From assembly GCF_009914755.1 (NCBI RefSeq), contig NC_060936.1: a DNA stretch of 64,000 nt; one strand, given 5' to 3'. The translations under genes and the position numbers were made by a program. Origin of the DNA: the human T2T-CHM13v2.0 reference genome, Homo sapiens. Below are positions 1 to 14,672 of this stretch, piece by piece. Within the stretch, counting starts at the first letter, position 1. Each line of letters starts with the position of its first letter. Under the pieces are notes generated by a model. The model saw only the letters and a program-made list of their open reading frames with translations, did no database searches and had not been told where the DNA came from.

Positions 1-741
1 CAGTACCAGTTGGGGTGAACAAGAGCCTGAACAAAAACATAAAAGGAAGACCTGCCAATGAGATATCCATAGAGGTCTTTGTAAAGCCCTGACATATTGT
101 GAGGGATTTAGAAGCCACATGTATAAGTAGGGCTGTGTGCATGCTGAAGAAAGACCAAAGAGTGCCCCAGTCCCTCATCTCTGACTGATGTTGAGCCCCT
201 GTACCAGGAGGAAGTGAAGGCAAAGGCAGAATTTAAAACTTCCTGAGCATTACTGAAGTTCCCCAACACACACAAAGCCTCTTGGCAAAGGGTTGACTTA
301 CTGGTTCACAGTATTCTAAAAAATATCTGAGCAATCACTAGCTGACCACTTAGCTAATCAGAGACTTCAGTTGTTGCCCAATAGAGTAAGTACAGACTTT
401 ACAGAATTAGCCCTAGAAAATCTCTAAACAACAAACAGCAACAATAACAAAAATCAACAACAAACCCTGGGGAAAACATCTGACTTTCAGATTTGCCACA
501 TTTTATGATTTGCAATGTCCAATTTTTAAGAGAAAAATTGTGGTGCATACACAGGGGAAAAGAAATTGTCAATAGAAAATCTGTTACCTGAGGGGACCCA
601 GATTTTAGACTTACTAGACAGACTTTAATTAAGCTATTATAAATGTGTTTAAAGAACTAACAGGAATCCTTTTCAAAGAATTAAAGGACAGTATGACAAT
701 AATTCACCCAATAAAGATTATCAGTAAAGAAACAGAAATTA

Positions 742-1056
<315 letters not shown>

Positions 1057-1811
1057 TTATTTTAAAAACACAAACAGATATTCTGGAGCTTTAAAGCATA
1101 ATAACTAAAACAGAATATTTGAGTTTACTCAACAGCATATTTGAGTTGGCAAAAGAAAGATCAAAAGAAAGAAAGGTTAGTGAACTTTAAGACAGGTCAA
1201 CTGAGATTACCTAGTCAGAAGAATAGAAAGAAAAATGTATGAAGACAAATGAATACAGTCTCAGGGACCTGTGGGACACCATCAAGCATATCAACATACA
1301 CATTATGTGAGCTCCAGAAATAGAAAATGGAGTGAACAGGGCAGAAAAAATATTTGAAGAAAATCATAGCCATAAACTCCCCAAATTTGATGAAACACAT
1401 AAGATAAAGTCAAGGAGACCCACACCTAGTCAGACTGTCAAAAGACAAAGGAAAACTGTTGTAATCAACAAGAGAGAAAAAAGACTCATCCTGAAAAAAA
1501 ATTTAATGAGATTAATGGCTGATTTCTCATCAGAAATCAGGGAGGCAAAAATACAGTGGAACTAACATTCAATATGTTGAAAGAACAATACTGTCAACCA
1601 AGAATTCTATATTCAGCAAAACTATCTTTCAAAAATGAAGGAGAGATTGAGATATTTTCAGGTAAACAGAAACTGAGAGAATTTGTTACTAGCAAATCTT
1701 CCCTGCAAGATTTACTAAAGGGAGATTTTCAAACTGAAATGAAAATACACTAGACAGTAGCTCAGATTCACGTGATGAAATACAGAGCCTCCAGAAAGAT
1801 AAGTATACAGT

Positions 1812-2176
1812 AGTCTTAGTTCATTCAGAATGCTATAATAAAAATACCACAAACTGGGTGGCTTAAACAACAAGTATTTGTTTCTCACAGTTCTGGAGTC
1901 TGGGAATTCCAAGATCAAGGTGCCAACAGGTTCAGCATCTGGTAGGGTCCCACTTACTAGTTTATAGACAGCTATCTTCTTGCTGTGTCCTTACATGACA
2001 GAATGGGGTCAGAGAGTTGTCTAGGGTTCTTTTAAATAAAGGCATTAATACCATTAATGTGGGCTCCACTCTCATAACCTAATCACCTCCCAAAAGCCCC
2101 ACACCCTAATTCTATCACATTGGGGGTATTTCAATATATAAATGTTAAGAAGACACAAACATTTAGTCCAGTGTAA
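1812..2176 (-). mobile_element. MLT1A-type MaLR solo LTR inserted in L1
   Basis: 'gtcttagttcattc...aaactgggtggcttaaacaac...acacaaacatttagtcca' matches the reverse complement of MLT1A. Confidence 0.85.
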
Positions 2177-4502
2177 TAGGTAAATAGAAAAAGTTTAACT
2201 GTAATTTTATGTAACTCTTTTCTTCTTTCATATGATTTAAAAGACAGTTGCAGCAATTGTTAAACTGTGTTGATGGGTTTATAATGTACAAAGATGTAAT
2301 TTCTATGAAAATAATAATACAAAGAGATGGGGAGAGAGTAGAGCTATACTGGAGTAAAGTCTCAGTATATTATTAACTTAGCGTTAATATGAACTAGATT
2401 ATTTTAAATTAAGTTGTTAAGTATAGTTCCAGAGCAACCACTAAGAAAATAGCTAAAAAATTATAGTAAAAGAAACAACAAAATAATTAAAACGGTACAC
2501 TAGAAAATATCTACTGAATACAAAAGAGAGTAGTTTTGGAAGCATATAGAAACAAAGACATAAAAACTGTAGAGAAGAGCTACTATAATGGCAAATGTAA
2601 ATCCCACCTTAAACTCTCTAATAAAAAGGCAAATGATGTCAGAAAAGATTTTAAAAGTGATTCAACTCTACACTGTCTACAAGAGACACATTTTAGATTC
2701 AAAGAAATAAATAGGTTGAAAGTAGAAAAGATGAAAAATACACTATACAAACAGTAACCAAAATTAAAAACTGTGAGAATTAAAGGAAAAATATAAATAA
2801 TTTAAAAATTATAGTTGGAGAATTCAGTATCTCACTATCAAAAATAGATAGAACACCTAAGCAAAAGGTCAACAAGGAACTAGAAGACTTGAGCAACACT
2901 ACACCAACCAGCCTTAAACATCTATAAGATACTCCATTCAATGACAGCAGAATACACATTTTTCTCAGGTAGACACAGACTATTTTACAAGATAGACAAT
3001 ATGCTAAGTCATTAGACAAGCCTCAGTAAACTTAAAAGAATTTAAATCATACAAAATATGTTCTCTGACCACAAGAAAATAAAATCGGAAACCAATAACA
3101 GAGGGAAATTTGTGGAATTCACAAATATGTGAAAATTAAAAAACACACTTCTAAATAACCAATGGGTCAAAGGATAAATAACAAGTGAAATTTTAAAATA
3201 CTTTGAAATGAATGAAAATGAGAATGTAACATACTAAAACTTACAAGATATAGCTAAAATAGTGCTTAGAGAGAAATTTACATCTGTGAATGTCTATTAT
3301 TACAAAACAAAGATCTTAAAACAATAGCCTAATCTTCCACCTTAAGAACCTAGAAAAAGGAGAGCAAACTAAACCTAAAGCAAGCAAAAAGAAGGAAATT
3401 ATTTCAAAAGTTAGAGTAAATGTAAATGAAATGGAGAATTAAAAAAACAGAGAAAAATCAAAGAAACCAAACTTGGTTTTTTTGAAAAGATCAACAAAAT
3501 GTATAAACTGAAGCTAGACTGACCAAGAAATAGAGCATACTCAGATTACTGAAATCAGGAATGAAAAAGGAGACAGCCCTATTGTCCTTATAAAAGCAAG
3601 GATAAGAAAATACACTATTATAGTATATATTCTTAAAAGAAAATACACTATTATATTCTTATAAGAAAATACACTATTAACAACCCCATACCAACAAAGT
3701 GGATAACTTAGATGAAACCGATAAATTTCTAGAAAAACACAAAATACCGAAGGTAACTAAACAATAATGGAAACTGAATAGACCTATAGCAAGTAAAACA
3801 ATTAAATTAGTAATTTAAGATATTCCAGTAATTAAAAATTTCCAGGCCCAATGGCTTTATGATGAATTCTACCAAACATTTATGGGAGAAATAAAACCAG
3901 TTCTACACACTTTACACACACACTTCTGAAAAATAGAAGCTAAGAGAACACTTTCTAAATCATTCCATGAAGCCAGTAATACCATAATACCAAAACCAAA
4001 TAAAGATACTACAAGAGTAAGAAGCTACAGAAGGGGAGAAAATATGCACAAATCATATATCTGAGAAAGAATCTGTATCTTGAATATGTAAAAGACTTAA
4101 TAACTCAGTAACAAAAAGACAACCGTAGACAATGGATTTTGATAGACATTTTTCGAAAGAAGATATAAATTATTAATAAGCAAATAAAAAGATACTCAAA
4201 AGCATTTGTCAGTGGAGAAATGCAAATCAAAATTACAATGAGATACAACTTTATACCCACTGGGGACAGCTATGATAAAGAAAAATAGACAATTAAAAGC
4301 CCTGGTAATAAAGTAGAGAATTTAGAACCCTCATACATTGCTGGTGAGAAGGTAAAATAGTATGGCCACTTCAGAAAATAGTCTGGCATTATCTCTATTC
4401 AAAAGAAATAAAATCATATGACCCACACAAAAATTGTACAGAATATTCACAGCATATTTTTCAAAATGGTCAAAATCGGGACCAATCAAAGATGAATGGA
4501 GA

Positions 4503-4818
4503 GGACCAGGTGCGCTGGCTCATGCCTGTAATCCCAGCACTTTGGAGGCAGAGATGAGTGGATCACCTTAGGTCAGGAGTTCAAGACCAGCCTTGCCAAC
4601 ATGGTGAAACCCCTGTCTCTACTAAAAATACAAAAAAAAAAAAAAAATTACCTGGGCATGGGGGCGCACACCTGTAATTCCAGCTGCTAGGGAAGCTGAA
4701 GCAGGAGAACGGCTTGAACACAGGAGGTGGAGATTGCAGTGAGCCCAGATCGTGCCATTGCACTCCAGCCTAGGTGACAGAGAAAAGCTCCATCTCAAAA
4801 AAAAAAAAAAAAAAAAAA
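4503..4818 (+). mobile_element. AluSx-like with expanded middle A-tract
   Basis: Dimer with poly-A; 15-bp TSD aaagatgaatggaga. Confidence 0.95.
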
Positions 4819-5339
4819 GATGAATGGAGAGACAAATATGATTTGGTATATATAATGGAATATCATTTGGCAATAAAAAATGAATTACTGATGCATGCTC
4901 AACATGTATCAACCTTGAAAATACAATGTGTCAAGGATGCCAATCACAAAAGTACTTATGTTATATAATTCAATTTATATGAAATAGGCAAATTTATACA
5001 AACCAAAAATAAATTAATGGTTGCCTAGATCTGAGAGGCTGAAAGAAATGGGGGATGACTGGTAATGTAGGTAAGGTTTCTTTTTGGGGTGATGAAAATA
5101 TTCTAAAATTAGGTTGTAGTGGTGGTTGCACAACCCAGGTAATATCCTAAAATCCACTTTAGTATGTCATTTAAAGTAATTGTGCACTTAAAATGAATAA
5201 ATTTCATGTAATGTGGATTATATCTTAAAACAACTGGTTTTAATTTTTTTAAGCCAATGAAGAAATGAAGTGCTAGTTTTTATGTTTATTGCTTCCATGA
5301 GAATATTATCATCTAGAATAACATGTAATGTATTGAGTA

Positions 5340-5485
5340 TCAAACTCCAGCATATCACCTAATAATCACTTGGCCTTAAACAAGTTACTTGAATGTTCTC
5401 AGATCCTGGAATTTTCACTTAAAAATGGAGGAAATAATACATCACAGGGGTTTTGAGAGAATGTATTAAGTAATGGCACACTTTA
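5340..5485 (+). mobile_element. MIR remnant
   Basis: Degenerate MIR core 'caagttacttgaa...aaaatggaggaaataatac...ggggttttgaga'. Confidence 0.55.
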
Positions 5486-7129
5486 GATCCCTAATGAATA
5501 TTAATTTCCTTCATTCCTTCCATCAGGGGCCATACACTCAAGAGAAAAATAATAGTCAGGGACAATTCTTAAATTACGAATAGGGAATTCAATAAATACA
5601 ACAAACCAAAGATTATATATAAATTTTATGTTTTTGCCAATGGAGGGGAAAGATAACTAAATGAGGCAAGGAGAAGAAGAAAAGGTGGATAGGGAAACTG
5701 CACGAAAAGAGAGAGAGAAGTCAGATGAACAAGCACAATGAAATAGACTCAAAGAATAACAACTTATGTAATTTTAAAAGACATATTGGGCCAAATTAAA
5801 TGGTATTTGGATCATTCTAATTAAAATTAAAACCAGGCTACATTTGCTTGTTCAGAAAAATTCATCTAAAGGTGGAATTTTGCTAGTGGCCCACAGGGCT
5901 TTATATCTCAATTTGGTTTGGAATCTGATGAGGTGATTAAGTAGAAAACCATAGAAACATAAATGTCACCAATAGAACTAAGCAAATACGTAACCTCTAC
6001 TGCACTATCAAATTTTTTCTTGCACTAAAAATTTAAAGCTTTTTTATTGACTTTTCATTGTATTAATTGTATGCTAAAGAAACTTAGACCAAAATATACT
6101 TTCATTTGAATGAGTTTCAATCACTGGTCTTAGAAAGAACATTCAATAATATTTGATAGGATTTTACCGCTGTGAATGGATTTTTTAAAGAAGGAGACAT
6201 ACTATATAGAATAGCAGTATAAAAGAATATAATCACTGAAAGACTAATTTGTAGTTTTGAAGACATAGCATAATAAAGTTCTTACAATATAATAACCTAG
6301 TACATCATAGGCTGATACCATACTAGACAGTACATCGCAGGCTGAATACTGTTCTTTCATGAGATTTATCTTTGAAAATAAAAGTCATCTAGTTTCTACA
6401 ATTAATTAATCGTGTATCCTTACAGTTTATATTAGCTAAATATTCTCAGAATACAATTTTTAAGATTCTTGTTTTATCTACATCGCAAAGTTTATTCTTC
6501 AGTTTTTGCATTTTCAGTTGCATTAATATTATTTGAATGTGGGATAGATAGGATATGTTTTAAATTCTTGCTATTAAGCATTGATATTGGGGCTTAATAA
6601 TGGTTTCTCTCAATGTCCTACTCAGAGCAATTTAAGTCACATAATCCCGACCAGAAGCGTATCTCCATGGTTGTTTTCTATATCCCTAGTACAGCAGTGA
6701 TAAAGCCATGAATGCTGAATGTGCCGTGTTTTTTCAGCCAACAATGGGCAAATGACATTTCTAAAGCTATGTATCAGTTCCTACTTCTCATCATTAATCC
6801 CCTGTCCCTTCCAAACCTCAACTGTTGCTTTAAAAAAAATTAAGAAGACAACAATAATCTCTTAATGACACCCTGCAGCAGCTTTATGGTGGAAAGGGAA
6901 AGGGGTCATGTTTACTGGCACATATTTTCTTTGAGTGTTTTCTCCCTTTCGCAGCTCCCATGGAAAATTTGCTAACATATGTACTTGCTTTTGTTAATGG
7001 CAATAGTAGATTTAATGTGTTTAATTCCCTGCTCCCTTTTCTTCCTCTAAGTGGAAAAGACCTCTCAAGCAGTGTTTATGTTTCACCTTCAAAGTTTTAG
7101 CTGGAAAAATGTTTTTCCGTATTTAATGA

Positions 7130-7260
7130 AAGTTTGGTGACTTTCTAAATTTAAGCAATTTTTAAACTCTGAGTTTAAAATTCCCCCATCTCTAAAATAG
7201 AGATATACCTAACAATAATAGCCTTTTGTGGAAGATTATCTGAGCAAAATAAATTAGAAA
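7130..7260 (+). mobile_element. MIR remnant
   Basis: 'ctctgag...cccatctctaaaatagagata...ttgtggaagatta'. Confidence 0.45.
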
Positions 7261-7294
7261 CATCTAACAATATTTCTTATTATTTTTATAATCT

Positions 7295-7425
7295 TCATTC
7301 TGAGCCCAGATTCTCTAGCAAACAGAGACCAAGATAAAAGCTTATTGGCCATTATTTTATTCAAGAGTATAATTTCAGGGAAGTAGGAGGAAGGAAAAAG
7401 AGAGATGGCATCCAAAAAGTGAGAA

Positions 7426-7457
<32 letters not shown>

Positions 7458-7890
7458 ATGGGATTGCAAAGCCTGACGCATCTTGGTACCAAGCAAACTG
7501 CAGACATTTTTGACAATCTTAAGCTAAAGCCTAGATGAATCACTGCATCTCAGGGCAATCCATTTGGGGAAATAAACAGAAGGATTGATCTGCTAGTTCC
7601 CATCTCCTTAAGTTCAAAGATTCACCTCGAGGGACATTAACTTCCCCACACTTCCAGGTGGCAAGTGCCTGGATTCTGAGATCCCTGGAATCTGACATCT
7701 CAATACCAACAGGGAGGCCCTGGAACAGGAGGGAAGAATTTCAAAGCACAGGCTGTGGAGACAGAATTTCTGTCAGAATTGTCCATCTCGACTTCTCAGA
7801 GCCCATGCTGGTCACACCGCAGTAACAGGGCCCTCCAAGACAGGTGAGGCTGAAAGAATGGGGCAGGCACAGAGAATTATCTGATTCACT
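7295..7890 (-). mobile_element. ERVL-class solo LTR (LTR16-like) with internal (TA)n
   Basis: Same layout as the LTR at 15185 (cagagaccaag...tttatt near the left end); (TA)n at ~7425-7460. Confidence 0.55.
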
Positions 7891-8091
7891 CTCCTTTAAA
7901 ACAAAAGGCAATATATTCATTTGTCAAGTGACAGGAAGTCTTTTGAATCAATGTATTCTTGTTCTGTTTGGGAGTTAAAGGCAGTATAAAGAAGCTTGAT
8001 TATAATCACTTACAAAAACCTATGAAAACCAGATTTTTTAAGATGTTGCAACTAAGTACAACTTCTGGCTTTTATTATAAGTCTTTTTAGA

Positions 8092-9562
8092 ATTGTATTT
8101 TTAATTGACAAATAATTGTACATATTTATGGGGTACAGCGTTATGGTTTGATACACATATACATTGTAGAATAGTCAAATCAGGCTATTTAATGCATTCA
8201 TCACTGCACACACTTATCATTTCTTTGTGGTGAGAACATTAAAATTCACTCTTTTAGCAATTTTAAAATATACAATACAATATTATTAACAATAATCACC
8301 ACACTGTGCAATAGATCAGCAGATCTTATTCCTCCTGCCTAACTGAAGCTTCGTGTTCTTTGACCAACATCTCCCCTTTCCTTGTCCACTCCAACCATAT
8401 CCCACAGCACCTGGGAACCACTACTCTGCTCTACTTCTGAGTTTGACTTCTTTTTGATTCCACATGTAAGTGTGATCACATAGTAATTGTTTATCTGTAC
8501 CTGGCTTACTTCACTAAAAATAAAGTCCTCCATATCTATCCATGTTGTCACAAATGGCAGAACTTTCTTCTTTTTTAAGACCAAATAGTATTCCATTGCA
8601 TATATATACCATGTTTTAAAAAATCTATTTGTCTATTGATGGATGCACTCTGTTCCCCTTTCTTGGCTATCATGACTAATGCTGCAGGGAACATGGGAAT
8701 TTTACAGCGTTGGCTTTTTTATCAACATAAATGACTTAATGTTGATGATAAAAAACAATGCTGTAAAATATTTGAAGAGGTTGATTCTAAGCCAAATATG
8801 AGAACCAGGGCTTATGATACAGCCTCGGGACATCTTGAGAACATGTGCCCAAGGTGATTGGGTTACACCTTAATTTTAAACATGTTAGGGGCACAGAAGC
8901 TACAGGCAAAGACATAAATCAACATATGCAAAACATGCATTGTTTTGGCCTAGAAAAGTGGGACATCTCAAAGCAAGAGCTTCCAGGTCATAGGTGGATT
9001 CAAAGATTTTCCGAGTGGCAATTAGTTCAAAGAGTTAAGGTTTGCTGGTAAATATCTCTTATTAGATCTTAAAAGGTGTCAGACTCTCTGGAAAAGACCT
9101 AATAAGGGAAAGAGATGCTCTATAGAATGTAAATTTCCCCTACAAGAGATGGCTTTGCAAAATCACTTCAAAATACGTCAAAGAAATCTATTTTGGGGTA
9201 AAATACTTTGATTTCCTTCAGAGTCTGCTGTCATGTGATGCTATGCCAAAGTCAGGGTAGAATTGGGCATCTTATTTCCACACAGAGTCTGTTTTTCAGT
9301 CTTATGATCTCTATTTTAATATTAATGCTAGTCAGTTGTCCCTAAACACAAAAGATAGGAGAGTATAATAAGGCATGTAAGACTTCCCTTCCAGTCATGG
9401 CCTGAACTAGATTTTAAGTTTTCTTTGGGATCCTCTTGGCCAAGGGGGAGGAGGTCCATTCAGTTGGTTGGGGGCCAGGGAGCTAGAATTTTATTTTTGA
9501 TTTACAATGCTGATTTCAATTCCTTTGAATATGTACCTAGTAGTGGGATTGCTGGATTATTA
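8092..9562 (-). mobile_element. L1MA 3' end, split by a MER4 LTR
   Basis: 'attgacaaataattgtacatatttatggggtac...' L1MA 3' terminus; resumes at ~9507 'gctgatttcaattcctttg...gtgggattgctgga'. Confidence 0.85.
8740..9506 (-). mobile_element. MER4-group ERV1 solo LTR
   Basis: 'ctgtaaaatatttgaagag...gagaacatgtgcccaaggtg' and terminus 'agaattttatttttgatttaca'. Confidence 0.85.
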
Positions 9563-9602
9563 TAAATTTTTATGTGTATTACAATTTTGTTAATTAGGTC
9601 AC

Positions 9603-9978
9603 TGTCTTAGTTAGTTTGAACTGCCATAACAAAATACCATAGACTGGGTGGCTTAAACAACAGAAATGTGTTTTCTCATAGTTCTGGAGGATGGAAAAGC
9701 TAAGATCGAGGTTCTGGCTGATTTGATTGCTAGCCAGAGCTCTCATCCTAGCTGGTAGTCAGCCACCTTCTCTCTGAATTCTCACATGGCAGAGATAGAG
9801 ACTTCTCTCTCTCTTCCTTTTCTTATAAGGCCACCAATTTTATCAAATTAGGAACCCTCCACTTTATAACCCTTTTGACTTTAATTATCTCCTTAAAGTC
9901 CTGTCTCCAAATGCCGTTACATTGGGGGTTAGGGCTTCAACATATGAATTTGAGAGGAACACAATTTAGTCCACAGCA
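9603..9978 (-). mobile_element. MLT1A-type solo LTR
   Basis: tgtcttagtt...tagtccacagca termini; diagnostic 'ataccatagactgggtggcttaaacaacagaaat'. Confidence 0.9.
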
Positions 9979-10798
9979 TTTGCATATCACAGAAAACAAA
10001 TCCATAGAAATGTTAATACAATAAAGAATTTGAGTGGTTTAAAACCTTTTTATTTTTGTGAATGCTACAATTAAAATATTTCTGCGTGCAAAAAATTGTG
10101 AGTTTTTCTTGTATAGAGTAAAATTTTCTGATCTTAAAAGCAAGACCTATGACAAGTAGAAAATATTAATGAACGCTGAAAGCATTATATCCTTGTCATT
10201 TTCAGATAAGAAAACTGTAGTTAGTGATGCTTTTCAAAATTGTTACATTTGTGAACCAGCAAATGTATGCACACAGGATTATCTGAGCCTAAACATAGTG
10301 TCATAACCTTAAATTGAATAAGTTAGATTAAATTATTTTTACCAGAAAATTTATGGCTGATTTCCATACAATAATCCATTTAGTCAATTCAACAATTTAC
10401 AGGGCTGAAAATATTTATTGTAACTTGAAATTCATTTTATTTCAAGCAATTAAATCACCCAGAATCCTCCAGATACAAAGTGTGTTAAATGTAACCTTTA
10501 AAATGAATGAATGAGCTGAAGACAATAAGGGAAGTCCAGGGAGCAGAGGAAAAGGCAAGAGCAGGGTACCAAGGAGAAGTATAACGTTGATGCTTCCTCA
10601 CAACTTGAGGGCAACTACGGATTCAGACACCTGGAGTTTGATGCCAGCACAAAGCAGGAAATCGGACTGGAGATCAAGTCATACACAGCTGGGACCCAGA
10701 AAGGTATACACTTGGCCTTGGAGAGGAAGGAGGTTAGGAGAGAGTGACTTACAAGAAAACATGACCTGCAGTGATAAAGAGTATAGAAGGATAGATGC

Positions 10799-11150
<352 letters not shown>

Positions 11151-11329
11151 AAAAAAGAGATATAGAGATAAAGGTATATTTCTCAGCCTTGGTTCTGGGT
11201 GGAGGTTTAAAAATAATATTTCCTTGAGATTTTGTAAATGTAAACTAAGTCATATTTAGGGTTATGGAGCCAGAAATCACACTAACAGTAGAGTTCACAA
11301 AGCTGCAGAGAATATTTTGTTTGTGATGA

Positions 11330-11720
11330 ATCTAGATCTTTCTAGCACCCAAAGAGATATATCCCCCACTCAAGTCATCCAGAACTCACAAATATGAACT
11401 CAAGCTCAAAGACACACAAAAAAATAAGGAAACAAGCCTCAAAGTGCTGGAGTCTACAGAAACAACAAGGAACATAACCAGTTGCATGAGATTTCAGATA
11501 TTTGCCTTATCAGATGCATAATTAAAATAAGAATAAATGAATAGATGTTGTATTTAAATAAAGAAGAAATAAAGAGGCTACCAAAACTGATCACTCATAT
11601 TTGAAAAAGAACAAAAAATAACTTCTACTTCTGAGAAATTTTAATGAATAATATTAAATGGAGCAGTTAACCAGTAGAATACAACTGACAAAAAGATTAT
11701 GAAATAAATATAAACAAATA
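11330..11720 (+). mobile_element. Ancient L1ME/HAL1-like ORF1-region remnant
   Basis: A-rich, 'ttcagatatttgccttatcagat...gatttgaaaaagaac'-like motifs; very diverged. Confidence 0.4.
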
Positions 11721-11799
11721 TGCATATACATATACATATATCTGATAACCTGAAGTATATTTATTGATATATATATTACCTTATATGTATGCATGTGTG

Positions 11800-11881
11800 T
11801 ATCATGTTGAACTATATGAAATTGCCATGTTGTATGGCAAAAACAGTCACATATAGGCAATTTCATATGGTTAAGCCTATA
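11800..11881. mobile_element. MADE2 mariner-derived MITE
   Basis: ~80 bp with TIRs 'gttgaactatatgaaattgcc' / 'ggcaatttcatatggttaagc'. Confidence 0.8.
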
Positions 11882-12579
11882 TATGCATATTGGATTGAAG
11901 ATGCACTGTATAATATAGGTTTTCCATATAAAGGTGAAAAAATATTCTTTTGCTCTAAGAATTCTCAGAGTTCTGTCCCACAGCAGATAGCCTACATGAG
12001 AGTAATTTTTTTATCAGAATTGTGGAATTCACACACAGGTCATATGCTTAGTTCTGCTCATGATAATGATGCTCAATAGTTAATTGGCTTTGTCAGGCAC
12101 TCGTCTATATCTTCCCACCTTCCTCTCCAACAGTCAAGTTTCTAGACCCAAGGCTCTTGTTTCTCCAAAACTGCTTGCAGAAATAGCTATGCCTTCTTTG
12201 CCATTTATTTTAGGTCACCACTTATTAGTGACATCTGATATTAGATTCTTGTGAGATGAAGATTGGAGACTGGCTTAAGTATCTGTCAGGAAGCTTCTCT
12301 ATTTTCAGATTATATTGCATACAAAAACCTTGCAAGCCAAATCTGTTTCAGAATTAAAATAACATGAGCAACCTCAAGAAAAATTATTCCATGTGTGCAC
12401 ACGTATCAAGAAAAACACTGCTTCCATCATGCCACCCCACTTCATTGCTTGCAGGGATCATTGAAATTCATTTACTCAGTGATCAGAATCTCCTGAACCC
12501 TGCCTCCAGACCTCATTTCCAAACATACACCCTAACCTCCAAAACAAATTTGGTCTTTAGCCTTGTCCAATAAAAATAG

Positions 12580-12990
12580 TTATTGTTAAAAGTCCAAACT
12601 CTTTAACATGCTATTTTTTAAAAGCCCGGGGTTGGGGAGGGGGGTGGGTAAGGGATCTCCTTACTCCACAGAACTTCTAATTTCCCAGACAATCAGTTGT
12701 TCAAGAACACAATGCCATTCCTCATGCTTTCTTTGCCTATAAGCTGTTCTCACCCACTTGGTGAAATCTACTTCCCCCTTCATAGGTCAACCCCTCAGTG
12801 AAGTCCTCCTTGATGTCTTCAGCAGCATTTAATGGTTTTTCCTCTATGTCCCCTTAGTACTTTCTTCATATCTCTACTTGTCTCTCCCACTAGACTGTAA
12901 ATTCACTTTTGTCAGGACCATGCCATCTGAGTACCCCAGTGTCTAAAACATAACCTGGTACTATATATTTCTGCTGAATAAATGAATTAA
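12580..12990 (+). mobile_element. L2 3' end
   Basis: 'tctcccactagactgtaa...cccagtgtctaaaaca...gctgaataaatgaa'. Confidence 0.65.
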
Positions 12991-14302
12991 AAAACAAATG
13001 AGTGCAAGTTATTTAAATCAGAGGAATCATGATAGAAACATTAATATTTTAATATGTAACAGACCACAAGAATGTTAAAAGAGTGGTCTTCAAACTCAAA
13101 AGTGTATCTTCCCAATGACACCAGCCTTAGAAGAACAGTTTCTGTGTTACTATTGTCATGCTGGAATTCAAAGGGTTTTTCTTGGTTCTTATAGAGACTA
13201 GAGCAGTACATCTCCAAGGCTAATTATTCTTCTGATCTCATGGTTTGATTTATGTGAATTGTGACACCCTATAAGGAAAGTAAAAAGAGATCCACCTAGT
13301 TATAAACAATGCTCATTATAGAACAACCTCCAGCCGAGCCAATGCAGAAGGCCTCAGGGAATACTAAAAAAAAGATAGTGGATTTTTTTTCCTTGCAAGC
13401 ACAAAATATTTTTTAACCATAAAAAGCAATGTGCAGGTTTGTCATCCTGGTGAAAGGATGATTAATTTCCATCGTGTTAGAATATAACATACGGATTACC
13501 CTAGAAAGTTTTAAATTTTACCAAAAAAAAATCAAGGAAAAAATGTAAATTGCAGAATGATTATTGCATATAAATTTTATATACTTCTTTTAGATAATAT
13601 AGAAGAGATAGCCACTCACCCACCCTGAGTTTTACTGTACAATTCTGTTTTTTTAATTGAAACTGCACTGAAGCTTTTTTCTTCCCGTGTTTTAAACTGT
13701 GCTGAAATTATAAGATTTGAAAAGCCTTTGTTAATAGCTAGAGAGTCCTGCCATTACCGAATGCCAAGAGAATAATGAAACACCTAAAATGATAAGGCAC
13801 TAGTGTCTGAGCAGAATAGACCTTTAATTGGAAAAAGTTCATGCATTAATATTCAACATTAAGTGGTGATTAATAGATACACCATGTGGGTATTTTTTAT
13901 TTTAGGAGGATAGATAACAGCATGTCCAATTTTAATGTAAATCTAGTGACAATTTCAGTGTGTTATTCTAAAATGCTCTATCTGATTAGTTTCAGAGGCG
14001 TAAAAAGAAAATCTTTTCTAGTGAGCACATCCTCCGTAAGTGTTAACAGCAAAGCTCCTTAAAATAATTTTGTTCTCTGAAATTGTTGCCATAGCTAGCT
14101 GGAAGAGTTTCATGTTTAATAACCACATGTGATATCTGGTTTTTTTTAAATGAAATCCGCATAAAGTGTTCATTTTTTCTCCATTCTAGAAAAAAAAAAT
14201 CTACTCTTATTGACCTCTTTCCTTACTCTCACTGACTGATCAAGGAACAAGGTTTTATTTTCTCTGTCTTTTTATCTATTTTGATGGTATTTTTTTTTCC
14301 AA

Positions 14303-14672
<370 letters not shown>

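Noticed and set aside
6299-6349. Imperfect ~20-bp direct repeat agtacatc..aggctga
   Set aside because: Short, diverged slippage duplication with no further structure
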